A stretch of 64,000 nt of DNA from a bacterium ADurb.Bin212 (GTDB taxonomy: Bacteria > Patescibacteriota > UBA1384 > XYA2-FULL-43-10). A program made the position numbers and the translations under genes. The notes below the pieces were generated by a model. The model ran no database searches. It saw only the letters and a list, made by a program, of their open reading frames with translations, and was not told the origin of the DNA. Shown one piece after another: positions 26,667 to 35,269 of this stretch (position 1 is the first letter of the stretch; each line of letters opens with the position of its first letter). The stretch spans positions 16,308-80,307 of the forward strand of contig MWCM01000001.1 in assembly GCA_002070055.1 (NCBI GenBank). Reading direction: 5' to 3'.

Positions 26667-26824
26667 GGAGTTTAGTATAATGCATAAGGCAGAAAGCGAT
26701 ATGGGGTAAAGGGGAAATAGGAAAATAAAAAAATCAAGAAACGAAGAATCAAGGAAGCAAGAAATTTAGCTTTGCATGATCCCGTTGTCAAGAGAGTCAT
26801 TTCATGTTAGAATGTTCTGTGTTC

Positions 26825-26899
26825 GGCGCCATCGTCTAGAGGCTAGGACGCCGCCCTCTCACGGCGGTAACAGGGGTTCGATTCCCCTTGGCGCTACCA
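26825..26899 (+). tRNA. tRNA-Glu (anticodon CUC)
   Basis: GGCGCCATCGTCTAGAGGCTAGGACGCCGCCCTCTCACGGCGGTAACAGGGGTTCGATTCCCCTTGGCGCTACCA folds as a cloverleaf (anticodon loop CUCUCAC). The D-arm is near-identical to canonical tRNA-Glu. TTGTCA-17-TAGAAT promoter upstream and a hairpin plus T-run downstream. Confidence 0.85.
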
Positions 26900-26974
26900 T
26901 GAAAAGCGCATCACTTCGGTGGTGCTTTTTTCATGGTAAGGGGGATCGAACGGAGGTGTCTATAAGAGAGTGGA

Positions 26975-27358
26975 TTAGTAGCTGGGATCTATCTCCCCTT
27001 CGCGAAGCAAACGATTTACGGTGGTGGCCAATTTGTCAGGTTCGAATTCCGCTTTAACAAAGTATCCGGCGGCACCAAGCTCGCGGGCTTTGTCTGCAGA
27101 GGCCTCCTTGGGAAGGTTTGAGAGAATCATCACTGGAATTGATGCGGTATCCTTATCACTTTTAAGTTTATCTAGAACATCTAAGCCGTTAAACTTTGGC
27201 ATAATAATATCCAACAATATTAAATCCGGATCTTGCTTTAGGGCCATATCCAGCCCTACTTCGCCATTATTAGCAAACATTACCTCGTGCCCACCGAGTG
27301 CTTCGCCGTACATGTTTAATATCGGCTCTTCGTCATCAATGATTAAAATTTTAGACAT
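26975..27358 (-). CDS. single-domain response regulator (CheY-like receiver)
   Basis: ILIIDDEEPIL...LILLDIIMPKFNGLDVL gives the receiver-domain D/D/K pattern; 127 aa with no output domain. Confidence 0.8.
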   Translation of the reverse strand: MSKILIIDDEEPILNMYGEALGGHEVMFANNGEVGLDMALKQDPDLILLDIIMPKFNGLDVLDKLKSDKDTASIPVMILSNLPKEASADKARELGAAGYFVKAEFEPDKLATTVNRLLREGEIDPSY

Positions 27359-27428
27359 ACATTTCCTTTGTGATTAATATTTTTCTATTATCTAATAAGG
27401 AAAACATTACTTATAATTTCGCTGCTTT

Positions 27429-28739
27429 TTAATCCATGGGTTGCTTTTTGGGAAGAGTTAGAGTAATTTTTGTTCCTTTGTTTACAACGCTGTCAATTTT
27501 AATGTGACCGTGATGTTTTTCAATTACGGTTTTTGCAATGTATATGCCAAGACCGGATCCGTGATTATCAACATCAATTGCGTTTTGCGACCTAAAAAAT
27601 CTGGTACCGATTTTCTCGATTTCTCTCTCCGGAATACCAATTCCTGTGTCAGCAACGGTTACATCAACCACTTCTGGGCGGTCAGTAACAGAAATAGTAA
27701 CACGACCTTTCTGGGTGTACTTTATGGCATTTTCAATTATGTTTGAGAAGGCTTGGCGCAGATGGTCCTGATCGGCCATAATTACAATATCTTTACTTAT
27801 GTCTTTGATAACCAGGCTGATATGCTTTTCTTCTGCTTTGCCTTCAAGTGATTTACTAACAGAGCCAATTATATCAGATAGGTTAACGTCAATAATTTTT
27901 AGTTTAATCTTCTCCTGTTCGATTCTGGATATTGAAAGCATTGAACCAACCAATTCAATCATCTTTTCTGTGGATGACATAATCTCTTTCAAGAAGGTAG
28001 TTTGTTTTGATGCCAGTTTGCCGGCTTTTTCGGCAAGCAACAGAGAGGTGTAGCCTCTAATTATCGAAAGAGGCGTGTTTAGCTGGTGCGATGTAACGGT
28101 AATAAATTCTTTATCTCTTTCTATTAGGGCTTTTTCGTAAGTAATGTCTCTAACAATTGCGAGTGCCATAGCCGAGTTGGATTTGCTGTCTTGAAGCAGA
28201 GTGTGGGAGGCCTCTATATCCACAATTTTACCCTCTTTGGTAATAAGTGAGTTTTCAACATACTTTTCCTTTTGCGTGGTGGCGATAGTGAACATCATAT
28301 CCGGAAGAAGGGAGTAGTTCTTTTCCGCGGAGAATTTCAACAGCTCTTGGGCGTTTCTGCCGATGGCGTCTTTTCTGGTGTAGCCGGTGATTTTCTCCAT
28401 GCCGGGGGAGAATTCTTCAATCGTTTTGTCCTGGTCTAATACCAATATCCCGTCTGTAGAATTATTAAATATCAGGTCTATGGTTTTTTGTCTACTTTTT
28501 AGTTGCTTGTGACTTTCTGTTAGTTTTATTGTTTTTTCTCTGGATTCATTTAGCAAGGTTCTATTTTTAAGGTAAAAATAGACCGAGGCTATAAGTGCCG
28601 CCATGGATAAGTAGCGCAAAATCTGTTCGGCTTGATACCACTGGAAGCGGGATACCACAAAAATGGTAATAAATATCACCAAAATCCAAAAAAGAACTTC
28701 TGCCCATTGCTGAATTTTTTGATTCGAAATTTTTGTCAC
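27429..28739 (-). CDS. sensor histidine kinase (2 TM, PAS, HisKA, HATPase_c)
   Basis: H-box VTSHQLNTPLSIIRGY; N/G-box region GSGLGIYIAKTVIEKHHG; two N-terminal TM helices; PAS-like middle region. Confidence 0.8.
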   Translation of the reverse strand: MTKISNQKIQQWAEVLFWILVIFITIFVVSRFQWYQAEQILRYLSMAALIASVYFYLKNRTLLNESREKTIKLTESHKQLKSRQKTIDLIFNNSTDGILVLDQDKTIEEFSPGMEKITGYTRKDAIGRNAQELLKFSAEKNYSLLPDMMFTIATTQKEKYVENSLITKEGKIVDIEASHTLLQDSKSNSAMALAIVRDITYEKALIERDKEFITVTSHQLNTPLSIIRGYTSLLLAEKAGKLASKQTTFLKEIMSSTEKMIELVGSMLSISRIEQEKIKLKIIDVNLSDIIGSVSKSLEGKAEEKHISLVIKDISKDIVIMADQDHLRQAFSNIIENAIKYTQKGRVTISVTDRPEVVDVTVADTGIGIPEREIEKIGTRFFRSQNAIDVDNHGSGLGIYIAKTVIEKHHGHIKIDSVVNKGTKITLTLPKKQPMD

Positions 28740-28935
28740 TATTCCCCTCGCTTAGCTGACATAATTATAGGCTATTTGCTTGCAATTAGGCAAATGGTAT
28801 AATGCAAATAGGCGCTTAAGCGCCTAATTGCAAATGCAAATTTCTAATTTATAAAAGAATTCCGAATTCAACAATCAATTATTTAGATGTTTTCATTTAG
28901 AGCCTAGAGTTTTAGGATTCGGGGTATAGGGTTAT

Positions 28936-29937
28936 ATGAAGCAGAGGGGATCGGCAATTCTAATAGCGGTATTTTTGGTAGCTGCTGTGGGCAGTGCTTC
29001 TTTTGCTATTGGTCGGCTATTTTTAATGGATGCGGCGATATCGGATAAATACGAGAGCTCAGTAATTGCCTATTATGCGGCAGAGAGTGGTATAGAGGAG
29101 GGCTTATTGCGTTATCGCTACGACAAAAACCAAGAAGTGCTTGCAGGTGGTAGCATGCCAATTATCAACTTAACCGATAATGTTCGGACAAGTGGTGATC
29201 CATCGTCTGATGTTTTTGAGCCACTCAAAAGATACTATGTACCTTCGGTAACTTATCTGCAAGATTACTATGGTGAAGATGTAGATAATAACAATAATTT
29301 AAATGAACAAGATATAACAGATCCAAATTATCCAAAAGAGTATACGATACTAAAAGACGAAACTATAAAGTTGGACTTAAGCCAGATGGTTTTGAGCGAA
29401 GACGGATCAATTCCGCAAGATAATATTGAGCTTTATGTCAAATTCATTGATACCAGCGGCAATGTTGCTTCGTGCAGTCCTGCTTCCCCATTTTTCCTTG
29501 AAGTTTCAATGGTGGGCAGAACCCCTAGTTCAGATCGTCACCAAATTAAGGGTGTGCTGATCGACCAGAGTTGTTCGTATGATGTAAATGACATTGCTTC
29601 TGGTTCATTTATTAGTTCTGACCAACGTTTTTCCAATGGTGTTAACAGGTTCGACAATCTTTACGCTAGGCTCAGAAGCATAAACGATGACCCCATTTTT
29701 GATATAAATGGAAACAGAAGCTATCTAGAAATGGCACTCAAGCCCGTAGGCAAGGAAATCTCTGGTGTAATTATTGGCATGAAACTGTCCGGTTCTACCA
29801 ATCATTTTCCAGCGCCCTATAACACAATCAAGTCAACCGGTCACTATGGGGGTGTTACCAGAACCTTAGAGGCAAAAATTGACCGTCAGGCTGGCACGGT
29901 ATATGATTTATTTGACTTCGTGTTATACAAATATTAA
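28936..29937 (+). CDS. hypothetical pilin-like or secreted protein with an N-terminal hydrophobic anchor
   Basis: MKQRGSAILIAVFLVAAVGSASFAIGRL resembles a prepilin leader followed by a hydrophobic helix, but lacks the canonical G/FTLxE motif. It sits between the two-component system and the type IV pilus operon. Confidence 0.4.
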   Translation: MKQRGSAILIAVFLVAAVGSASFAIGRLFLMDAAISDKYESSVIAYYAAESGIEEGLLRYRYDKNQEVLAGGSMPIINLTDNVRTSGDPSSDVFEPLKRYYVPSVTYLQDYYGEDVDNNNNLNEQDITDPNYPKEYTILKDETIKLDLSQMVLSEDGSIPQDNIELYVKFIDTSGNVASCSPASPFFLEVSMVGRTPSSDRHQIKGVLIDQSCSYDVNDIASGSFISSDQRFSNGVNRFDNLYARLRSINDDPIFDINGNRSYLEMALKPVGKEISGVIIGMKLSGSTNHFPAPYNTIKSTGHYGGVTRTLEAKIDRQAGTVYDLFDFVLYKY

Positions 29938-29966
29938 TTGTTTTAAATAATATTTTGGAGGCGAAT

Positions 29967-30341
29967 ATGGGTGAGAATAAAAAGATTTTAATTGTCGACG
30001 ACGATTTAACTCTAAGAGAGATGTATGAAGAGAGGCTTAAATTTGACGGTTTCGTGGTGATTGGTGCCAGCGATGGAGAGGAAGCGCTAGCCAAGACCCG
30101 CCAAGAGATGCCAGACTTAATACTACTAGATATCATGATGCCTAAAATGAACGGAGTTGATGTTCTTAATCATTTGCGATCAGATGAAGCCACAAAAAAT
30201 ATTCCGGTTATCGTTTTAACCGCTCTTGTTCAGGAGATAGATAAAGTTAAAGCACTAATGACGCCAAAAGACGGCTATTTGATAAAAAGTGAGCAAATGC
30301 CCAAAGAGGTTCTAGCAAAAGTGCACGAAATCATCGGCTAA
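29967..30341 (+). CDS. single-domain response regulator (CheY-like receiver), paralog of 26975-27358
   Basis: KKILIVDDDLTLREMY...LILLDIMMPKMNGVDVL; ATG 5 nt after a GGAGG RBS. Confidence 0.8.
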   Translation: MGENKKILIVDDDLTLREMYEERLKFDGFVVIGASDGEEALAKTRQEMPDLILLDIMMPKMNGVDVLNHLRSDEATKNIPVIVLTALVQEIDKVKALMTPKDGYLIKSEQMPKEVLAKVHEIIG

Positions 30342-30395
30342 AAGATATAAAAAAAGCCCTCTGTTTCACTACAATGGGCTTTTTTATTTGATTGA

Positions 30396-30647
30396 TTATT
30401 TGTAGGGGAGAAACGGATTTTCTCGGCCGTAACCTTGTTCTGGGGTTGCTATAGGTTCATGGGACGAGTCTTGGATGGCTGTAAGTTTAGATTGGTTTAT
30501 CTCTATTTTGTTGCCACTTTTGTCGTTGATTAATTGTGGCCGGGAGATAATCAGCGAATATATCCAGTAACTCATAACTGCACCGGCCAAGAATATAAAG
30601 AAGGTGATAATAATTGAACTGAATTTTAATATATTTTTATCTTCCAT
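30396..30647 (-). CDS. small membrane protein in the pilus operon (PilP-like position)
   Basis: 83 aa, single TM, overlaps the upstream gene by 11 nt. Confidence 0.35.
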   Translation of the reverse strand: MEDKNILKFSSIIITFFIFLAGAVMSYWIYSLIISRPQLINDKSGNKIEINQSKLTAIQDSSHEPIATPEQGYGRENPFLPYK

Positions 30648-31230
30648 AATAGATTTTTCCTTGAACTCTTAAGTTTAGTGTTCCTTCATCGTCGTTGTAT
30701 CCGCCCAAAGAGATAGATTCAATGGTGTTAAAGCGACTCAAGCTTTCCATTTTTTCGAAAAAGACAAGAATATTCTGGTATGGGCTGCTAAATGAGGCGG
30801 TAAAATCCAGATACTTATTGTTTGGTGCGCTTGATTTGGATTCTTTTTTGTCCGTCTTATCTGTTGTATCTGTTGTTTTGCTGGCTTTAGTGGTTTTAGG
30901 CTCTGCAACATTTAGTGAATCGACAATAAGTGGGATGGAGGTAGTGGTTTGTTCAATATTTACAATGAAACTACTGGCCTCTTGCTCCTCTGGCCAGTAA
31001 TTATTAACTAATAGCTTGGTGTCTTCAAGAGATTTTTTATTTTTATCTACTTCTTTAAGTTGTTGCAGTTTTTTATCTGCGTTGCGTAATTCCAAACTAA
31101 TTTTCTCTATGTCGCTTTGGTTCTTTACTAGTTGGTTAATTTTGGAGGTCAGAAATAGAAAATAGAAAGCCCCAATTATTAGCAATGTGGCTACAATTTT
31201 TACAATTATTATAGTGGTGGGCGACTTCAT
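30637..31230 (-). CDS. pilO: type IV pilus assembly protein PilO-like
   Basis: N-terminal TM then a coiled coil (LELRNADKKLQQLKEV) and a C-terminal domain; positioned after pilN. Confidence 0.5.
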   Translation of the reverse strand: MKSPTTIIIVKIVATLLIIGAFYFLFLTSKINQLVKNQSDIEKISLELRNADKKLQQLKEVDKNKKSLEDTKLLVNNYWPEEQEASSFIVNIEQTTTSIPLIVDSLNVAEPKTTKASKTTDTTDKTDKKESKSSAPNNKYLDFTASFSSPYQNILVFFEKMESLSRFNTIESISLGGYNDDEGTLNLRVQGKIYYGR

Positions 31231-31757
31231 TTTTCGATACTCCCATACATAGAAAAAGTAAAGAAACCGTTTTTCTCATCAAAAACCGAGCTTTGAAAGG
31301 ATAGACTCTTAAGCAGTTCCATCTCCTCCAATTTAGCCTGAAGCTTAACTATATCGGCCCTTGTTTCTGCCGCAGCCGAGATCGAAAAGGTCTTTTTGGT
31401 TTTATCTACTTGAATTGAGTTAACAAGGACTTTCTCTGGGATAGAGCTATTGATCTCTTTGAAAAAGGCCGACCACTCGACGCGGTCTTTATCTAGTGTT
31501 TCCAGTTTGCCAAGCTTCTGATTTATGGTATTAACATCATCTTCAATGCTTTTTAATTTGGATATCTCCACTTTGGTTTCGTCTAATTGCTGCTTATTTT
31601 TTGTTAATTGGGCGTCAAGAAAGAAATTGACAAAATATACCGCGCTATAGGTCATTACCACCATAATCAATAAAGTAAGCATAGCTCCGCTTATTTGCAC
31701 AGAGAGCTTCTTAATTTTTTGCTCTTTTTTAATTTTTGGTGGTAATAGATTTATCAT
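31227..31757 (-). CDS. pilN: type IV pilus assembly protein PilN
   Basis: MINLLPPKIKKEQKIKK followed by a TM helix, the hallmark INLLP motif of PilN. Confidence 0.7.
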   Translation of the reverse strand: MINLLPPKIKKEQKIKKLSVQISGAMLTLLIMVVMTYSAVYFVNFFLDAQLTKNKQQLDETKVEISKLKSIEDDVNTINQKLGKLETLDKDRVEWSAFFKEINSSIPEKVLVNSIQVDKTKKTFSISAAAETRADIVKLQAKLEEMELLKSLSFQSSVFDEKNGFFTFSMYGSIEK

Positions 31758-31760
31758 GTT

Positions 31761-32753
31761 CTAAATTTTTCTTAAGGCCAAACCGAGCGCTGGAATGAAT
31801 TGAGGTTCTAGAGTTTTTTTATTGGTGATAAGTGGTGAGGAGACTTTTGACTGGATTTTGGTAGCTTTACTAAAATAGTTGTCTACTCCCTTAATTTTGG
31901 CGGCGGAACCGCAAATTTCGATGTAATCAATTGGGTTGGGTTTGTAGCTACGGTTCTGATAATACCTAATTGCGTCCAAAACTTCGTCAATAATTTCGTT
32001 AAAAACCACGCCAAAAGTTTCTTGGTCACTATTCAGATTAATCTCTGAAATATCTTTGATGCCGGGTTTTATGGAGTAAATTTTTTCTAAAATTTGATTT
32101 TTAGCACTTGAAGCGGTGGTAACAAGACGAATGTTTCCTCTGTCCCAGATGGCGATTCTGGTTAGCTCTGTGCCAATGTGCACAACCGCAATACTTTTAG
32201 TTTTGTCGCGGATAATTGCTCTACCAGTGGCAATGGGTTTTGTTTCTAATGCCGCTAATTCCAGATCTGCCATCTTTGCCATCTCCACATAATCGTCAAC
32301 CAACTTTTTGGGAGATGCGGCTACTAAAACATCCATTAATGATTCTTCGGGATGAGTTGAAAGTATTTGATAATCTATATAGACATCGCTTAGCGGAATA
32401 GGCAGATATTGTGCGGCCTCGTTAGGCACGGCTGTATCTAACTCCCTGGAACTCATCTTGGGGACCTGAATTGTTTTTGAAAATACAAAAGTCTCAGGCA
32501 GAGCCGTTACAATTTTTCGCGCTTTAATGGGGTGAGGGGAGGCTTTGCGACAGGCCTCTTTAATCATGTTGGCCGTTGCGGCCTTGTCTCTAATGCGATC
32601 ACGATCCAAAATCGGCTCGGTTAGAGTGTATTCTGATATACCCCAAAGCTCTACACCGTTAGATGTAGACTTTGACACTTCACAAAGTTTCAGGGTCTCG
32701 AAGCCGATATCAAGCCCAAAAACGCGCTCCGAACCGCCAATGAATGAAAACAA
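31761..32753 (-). CDS. pilM: type IV pilus assembly ATPase-like protein PilM (actin fold)
   Basis: 330 aa with N-terminal VFGLDIGFETLKLCEV (actin-like phosphate-1); size and position fit PilM. Confidence 0.65.
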   Translation of the reverse strand: MFSFIGGSERVFGLDIGFETLKLCEVSKSTSNGVELWGISEYTLTEPILDRDRIRDKAATANMIKEACRKASPHPIKARKIVTALPETFVFSKTIQVPKMSSRELDTAVPNEAAQYLPIPLSDVYIDYQILSTHPEESLMDVLVAASPKKLVDDYVEMAKMADLELAALETKPIATGRAIIRDKTKSIAVVHIGTELTRIAIWDRGNIRLVTTASSAKNQILEKIYSIKPGIKDISEINLNSDQETFGVVFNEIIDEVLDAIRYYQNRSYKPNPIDYIEICGSAAKIKGVDNYFSKATKIQSKVSSPLITNKKTLEPQFIPALGLALRKI

Positions 32754-32810
32754 TGCCCCTCCGAGTTTTTTAGCAATATCTTGTTATTAAAATTATAGTA
32801 TATCTTCAGT

Positions 32811-33968
32811 TTATTGCAATATCCACTCTTTTGATTCCGGATAAATCTTTGACGTGGCCCAGACAAATAATCCGCAAGACCACGCAAAGGGGACTTCGTT
32901 TTTGTATGCAGGCCATCTTTTTATGGGGTGTCCGTAAGGGGTGTATATTTCATAAACCGCCCCAAACTCATTGATACTCTTTGCTATATTTGCCAGTGTT
33001 CTATGAGCCATGGTTAAATCTCCGGTAAGATGCCAAGCGAGAGCACATAAGGCACCTATCCAAATTCTATAACCACCGTAATCGGCCAATCCGGCTAGAA
33101 AGAGCTGTGGTTGAATAATTCTTTTTTTGTAGTAAGGGTAATTCGCTTTGGGAATAAATGTTTTGCCCTGATATTGCTTGATACGTTCGAGTATCATTTT
33201 TGACTTACTTGCGTCTGTTAATCCAAAAATTATTGCCAGTAAGTTGCCAGCCGTATCTAGGTAATGATGTTTTCTGCCATCAACCCAATCTATGTAGTAA
33301 TCTTCGTTCCAGAACAACTCATCAATTTTCATAGCGGTTTTTTCCAAGTTTTGTTGGTAACGGGCGGCGACCTCACAATTTCCAAGCTGGTTGTTTAATT
33401 CAACAAATTGTTTCAACGCGCCGTAATAGAGGACATTGTTAATAAGTGTTTGGCCTTTTTTCTTGGTATGATCCATCCAGTTCGCTAGATAACCCTCTTC
33501 TATGAGGCCATCTTTATTTTTATCTTGTCGTTCTAACCACAAAAATGACAGTTCCAAATGGGGAAATAGCTCGGTAATATATTCTTTCTGATAGTCTGCC
33601 TTTAATAATTCGCAGGCCGATAACGGGAATAAAATATTTTGGTCCACGACCTTGTCGCCGAGATAATTCTTATAGTTGGGAAGTGGCTTTTTGAATCTTT
33701 TTTTAATATGAAGATACTTCAAAAACTGGTCTATCGAAATAATTCGATAGGGCAAGTGTCCGGAGGTTTTTTGATGTTTTAAATAAAGTTTTAAATTAGT
33801 TTTAACTTGAGAGGTATCGCCCAAAGCGATAGATCCCAAAGATGCAAACATGCTATCTCGAGCCCAAAAATCAACAAAATTTCGTTTGCCGGCTAAAATT
33901 CCCTCGGCTGCATAGCAAGACCTTAAGCCTTCTGCGGATATTTTATAAGCTTTGCGGATTTCATTCAT
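32811..33968 (-). CDS. (alpha/alpha)6-barrel glycoside hydrolase-like protein (GH15/GH63/amylo-alpha-1,6-glucosidase-type)
   Basis: FVDFWARDSMFASLG resembles the W(T/A)RDS catalytic-region motif of GH15-type toroid hydrolases; 385 aa. Confidence 0.45.
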   Translation of the reverse strand: MNEIRKAYKISAEGLRSCYAAEGILAGKRNFVDFWARDSMFASLGSIALGDTSQVKTNLKLYLKHQKTSGHLPYRIISIDQFLKYLHIKKRFKKPLPNYKNYLGDKVVDQNILFPLSACELLKADYQKEYITELFPHLELSFLWLERQDKNKDGLIEEGYLANWMDHTKKKGQTLINNVLYYGALKQFVELNNQLGNCEVAARYQQNLEKTAMKIDELFWNEDYYIDWVDGRKHHYLDTAGNLLAIIFGLTDASKSKMILERIKQYQGKTFIPKANYPYYKKRIIQPQLFLAGLADYGGYRIWIGALCALAWHLTGDLTMAHRTLANIAKSINEFGAVYEIYTPYGHPIKRWPAYKNEVPFAWSCGLFVWATSKIYPESKEWILQ

Positions 33969-33975
33969 AAAGGCA

Positions 33976-35172
33976 TTATATCGCGTTCACCAATCCATAG
34001 ATAGGCTGTAACACAGAAACAATTATTAAACCGATTCCCAAACCCATAATAACCATCAGCACAGGCTCTAAAAGTGTTGAGAGATTGTTGGTAACGGCAT
34101 CTACTTCTTTGTCGAAGAAGTTGGCAATGGTGTCAAAAACTTGGTCTAACGAACCCGATTTCTCTCCGACCGATACTAAATTCCCCACCATTTTGGGAAA
34201 GAGTTTGCAATCTTTTAGGGCTTTAGATACCTGCTCACCAACCTCTACTTTTTTGATCATTTTGTCTATCTCGTCTTGGTAAATTACATTGTTGATGACT
34301 TGTTTTGAGGTTCTAAAGATCTCCAAGAGAGGTAAACCGGATTTTGTAAGCCCGGAGAAGGTTCTGGCGAATCTTGCCATATAGGTTTTTTTGAATAAAC
34401 CACCAAAAACGGGTATTTTTAATTTCATTGAGTCAAAGAGATGCCGTCCAGAATTTGTTTTGCCATACATCCTGATTAAAACAAAAAGTATAATGGCGGC
34501 GATGGCGATATAAACCAGATAATCTATCATAAACTGGGATAGGGCAATTACAGCCTTTGTTAAAGGTGGAAGAGGAACGCCCGAATCATCAAAAATTGTT
34601 TTGAGTTGAGGAATAATTACAACCAATATTAAAATCATTACAGCAATCAGGGCAGTCAGCACAAAGATGGGGTAGATCATGGCGCCTCTTAATTTGGAGG
34701 TTATGGCGTAATCTTTCTCTAGTTGGACTGTTAGGCTTTGTAATACATCATCAAGCTTGCCGGATTTCTCGCCGCTACCTATGGTGTTTACATAAACCGG
34801 ATCAAAAACCGTCGGGTGTTTTTGCATCGCAGCAGAGAGAGGCTGCCCACCCTTGACGTCGGAGATTACTTGGCTAATAACTTTGGCAAAGTTTTTGTCG
34901 GAAGTTTCCTCTTTTAGCGCCTCCATGGCTTCAACAATGGATAGGCCCGATTTTATCATTACGCCAAGCTGTTGGGTAAAGATAATTTTGTCTTTTATTG
35001 TAACCTTATTAAAGATTTGTGGCAGAGCTCTGCTTTGGCTTGATGAATTGATATTACTAACGTATAAACCTTGTTCTCGAAGCGCCAAAATAGCGCCTTG
35101 CTCATCGTTGGCTTCAATTTCTCCAGATATTAACTTTCCATCTTTGTTGCGCGCTTTGTAGTTAAAATGCAT
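33976..35172 (-). CDS. pilC: type IV pilus inner-membrane platform protein PilC (GspF family)
   Basis: 398 aa with two repeats of the T2SS-F domain (GLSIVEAMEAL...; SGLPLLEIFRTS...) and 3 TM segments. Confidence 0.8.
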   Translation of the reverse strand: MHFNYKARNKDGKLISGEIEANDEQGAILALREQGLYVSNINSSSQSRALPQIFNKVTIKDKIIFTQQLGVMIKSGLSIVEAMEALKEETSDKNFAKVISQVISDVKGGQPLSAAMQKHPTVFDPVYVNTIGSGEKSGKLDDVLQSLTVQLEKDYAITSKLRGAMIYPIFVLTALIAVMILILVVIIPQLKTIFDDSGVPLPPLTKAVIALSQFMIDYLVYIAIAAIILFVLIRMYGKTNSGRHLFDSMKLKIPVFGGLFKKTYMARFARTFSGLTKSGLPLLEIFRTSKQVINNVIYQDEIDKMIKKVEVGEQVSKALKDCKLFPKMVGNLVSVGEKSGSLDQVFDTIANFFDKEVDAVTNNLSTLLEPVLMVIMGLGIGLIIVSVLQPIYGLVNAI

Positions 35173-35269
35173 ATTTAGCTTCTTAGTAATTAGCTTCTTA
35201 GCTTGTTAGTTGATTAAATCCAAGTCGATTTGACCTAAAAAGCTGATAAGCTAAAGCCTAATTCCTGAT

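Noticed and set aside
28936-29937. Calling this gene a canonical type IV major pilin
   Set aside because: The N-terminus lacks the G/FTLxE prepilin peptidase motif (Ile at +5 instead of Glu). It is kept as a pilin-like hypothetical protein only.
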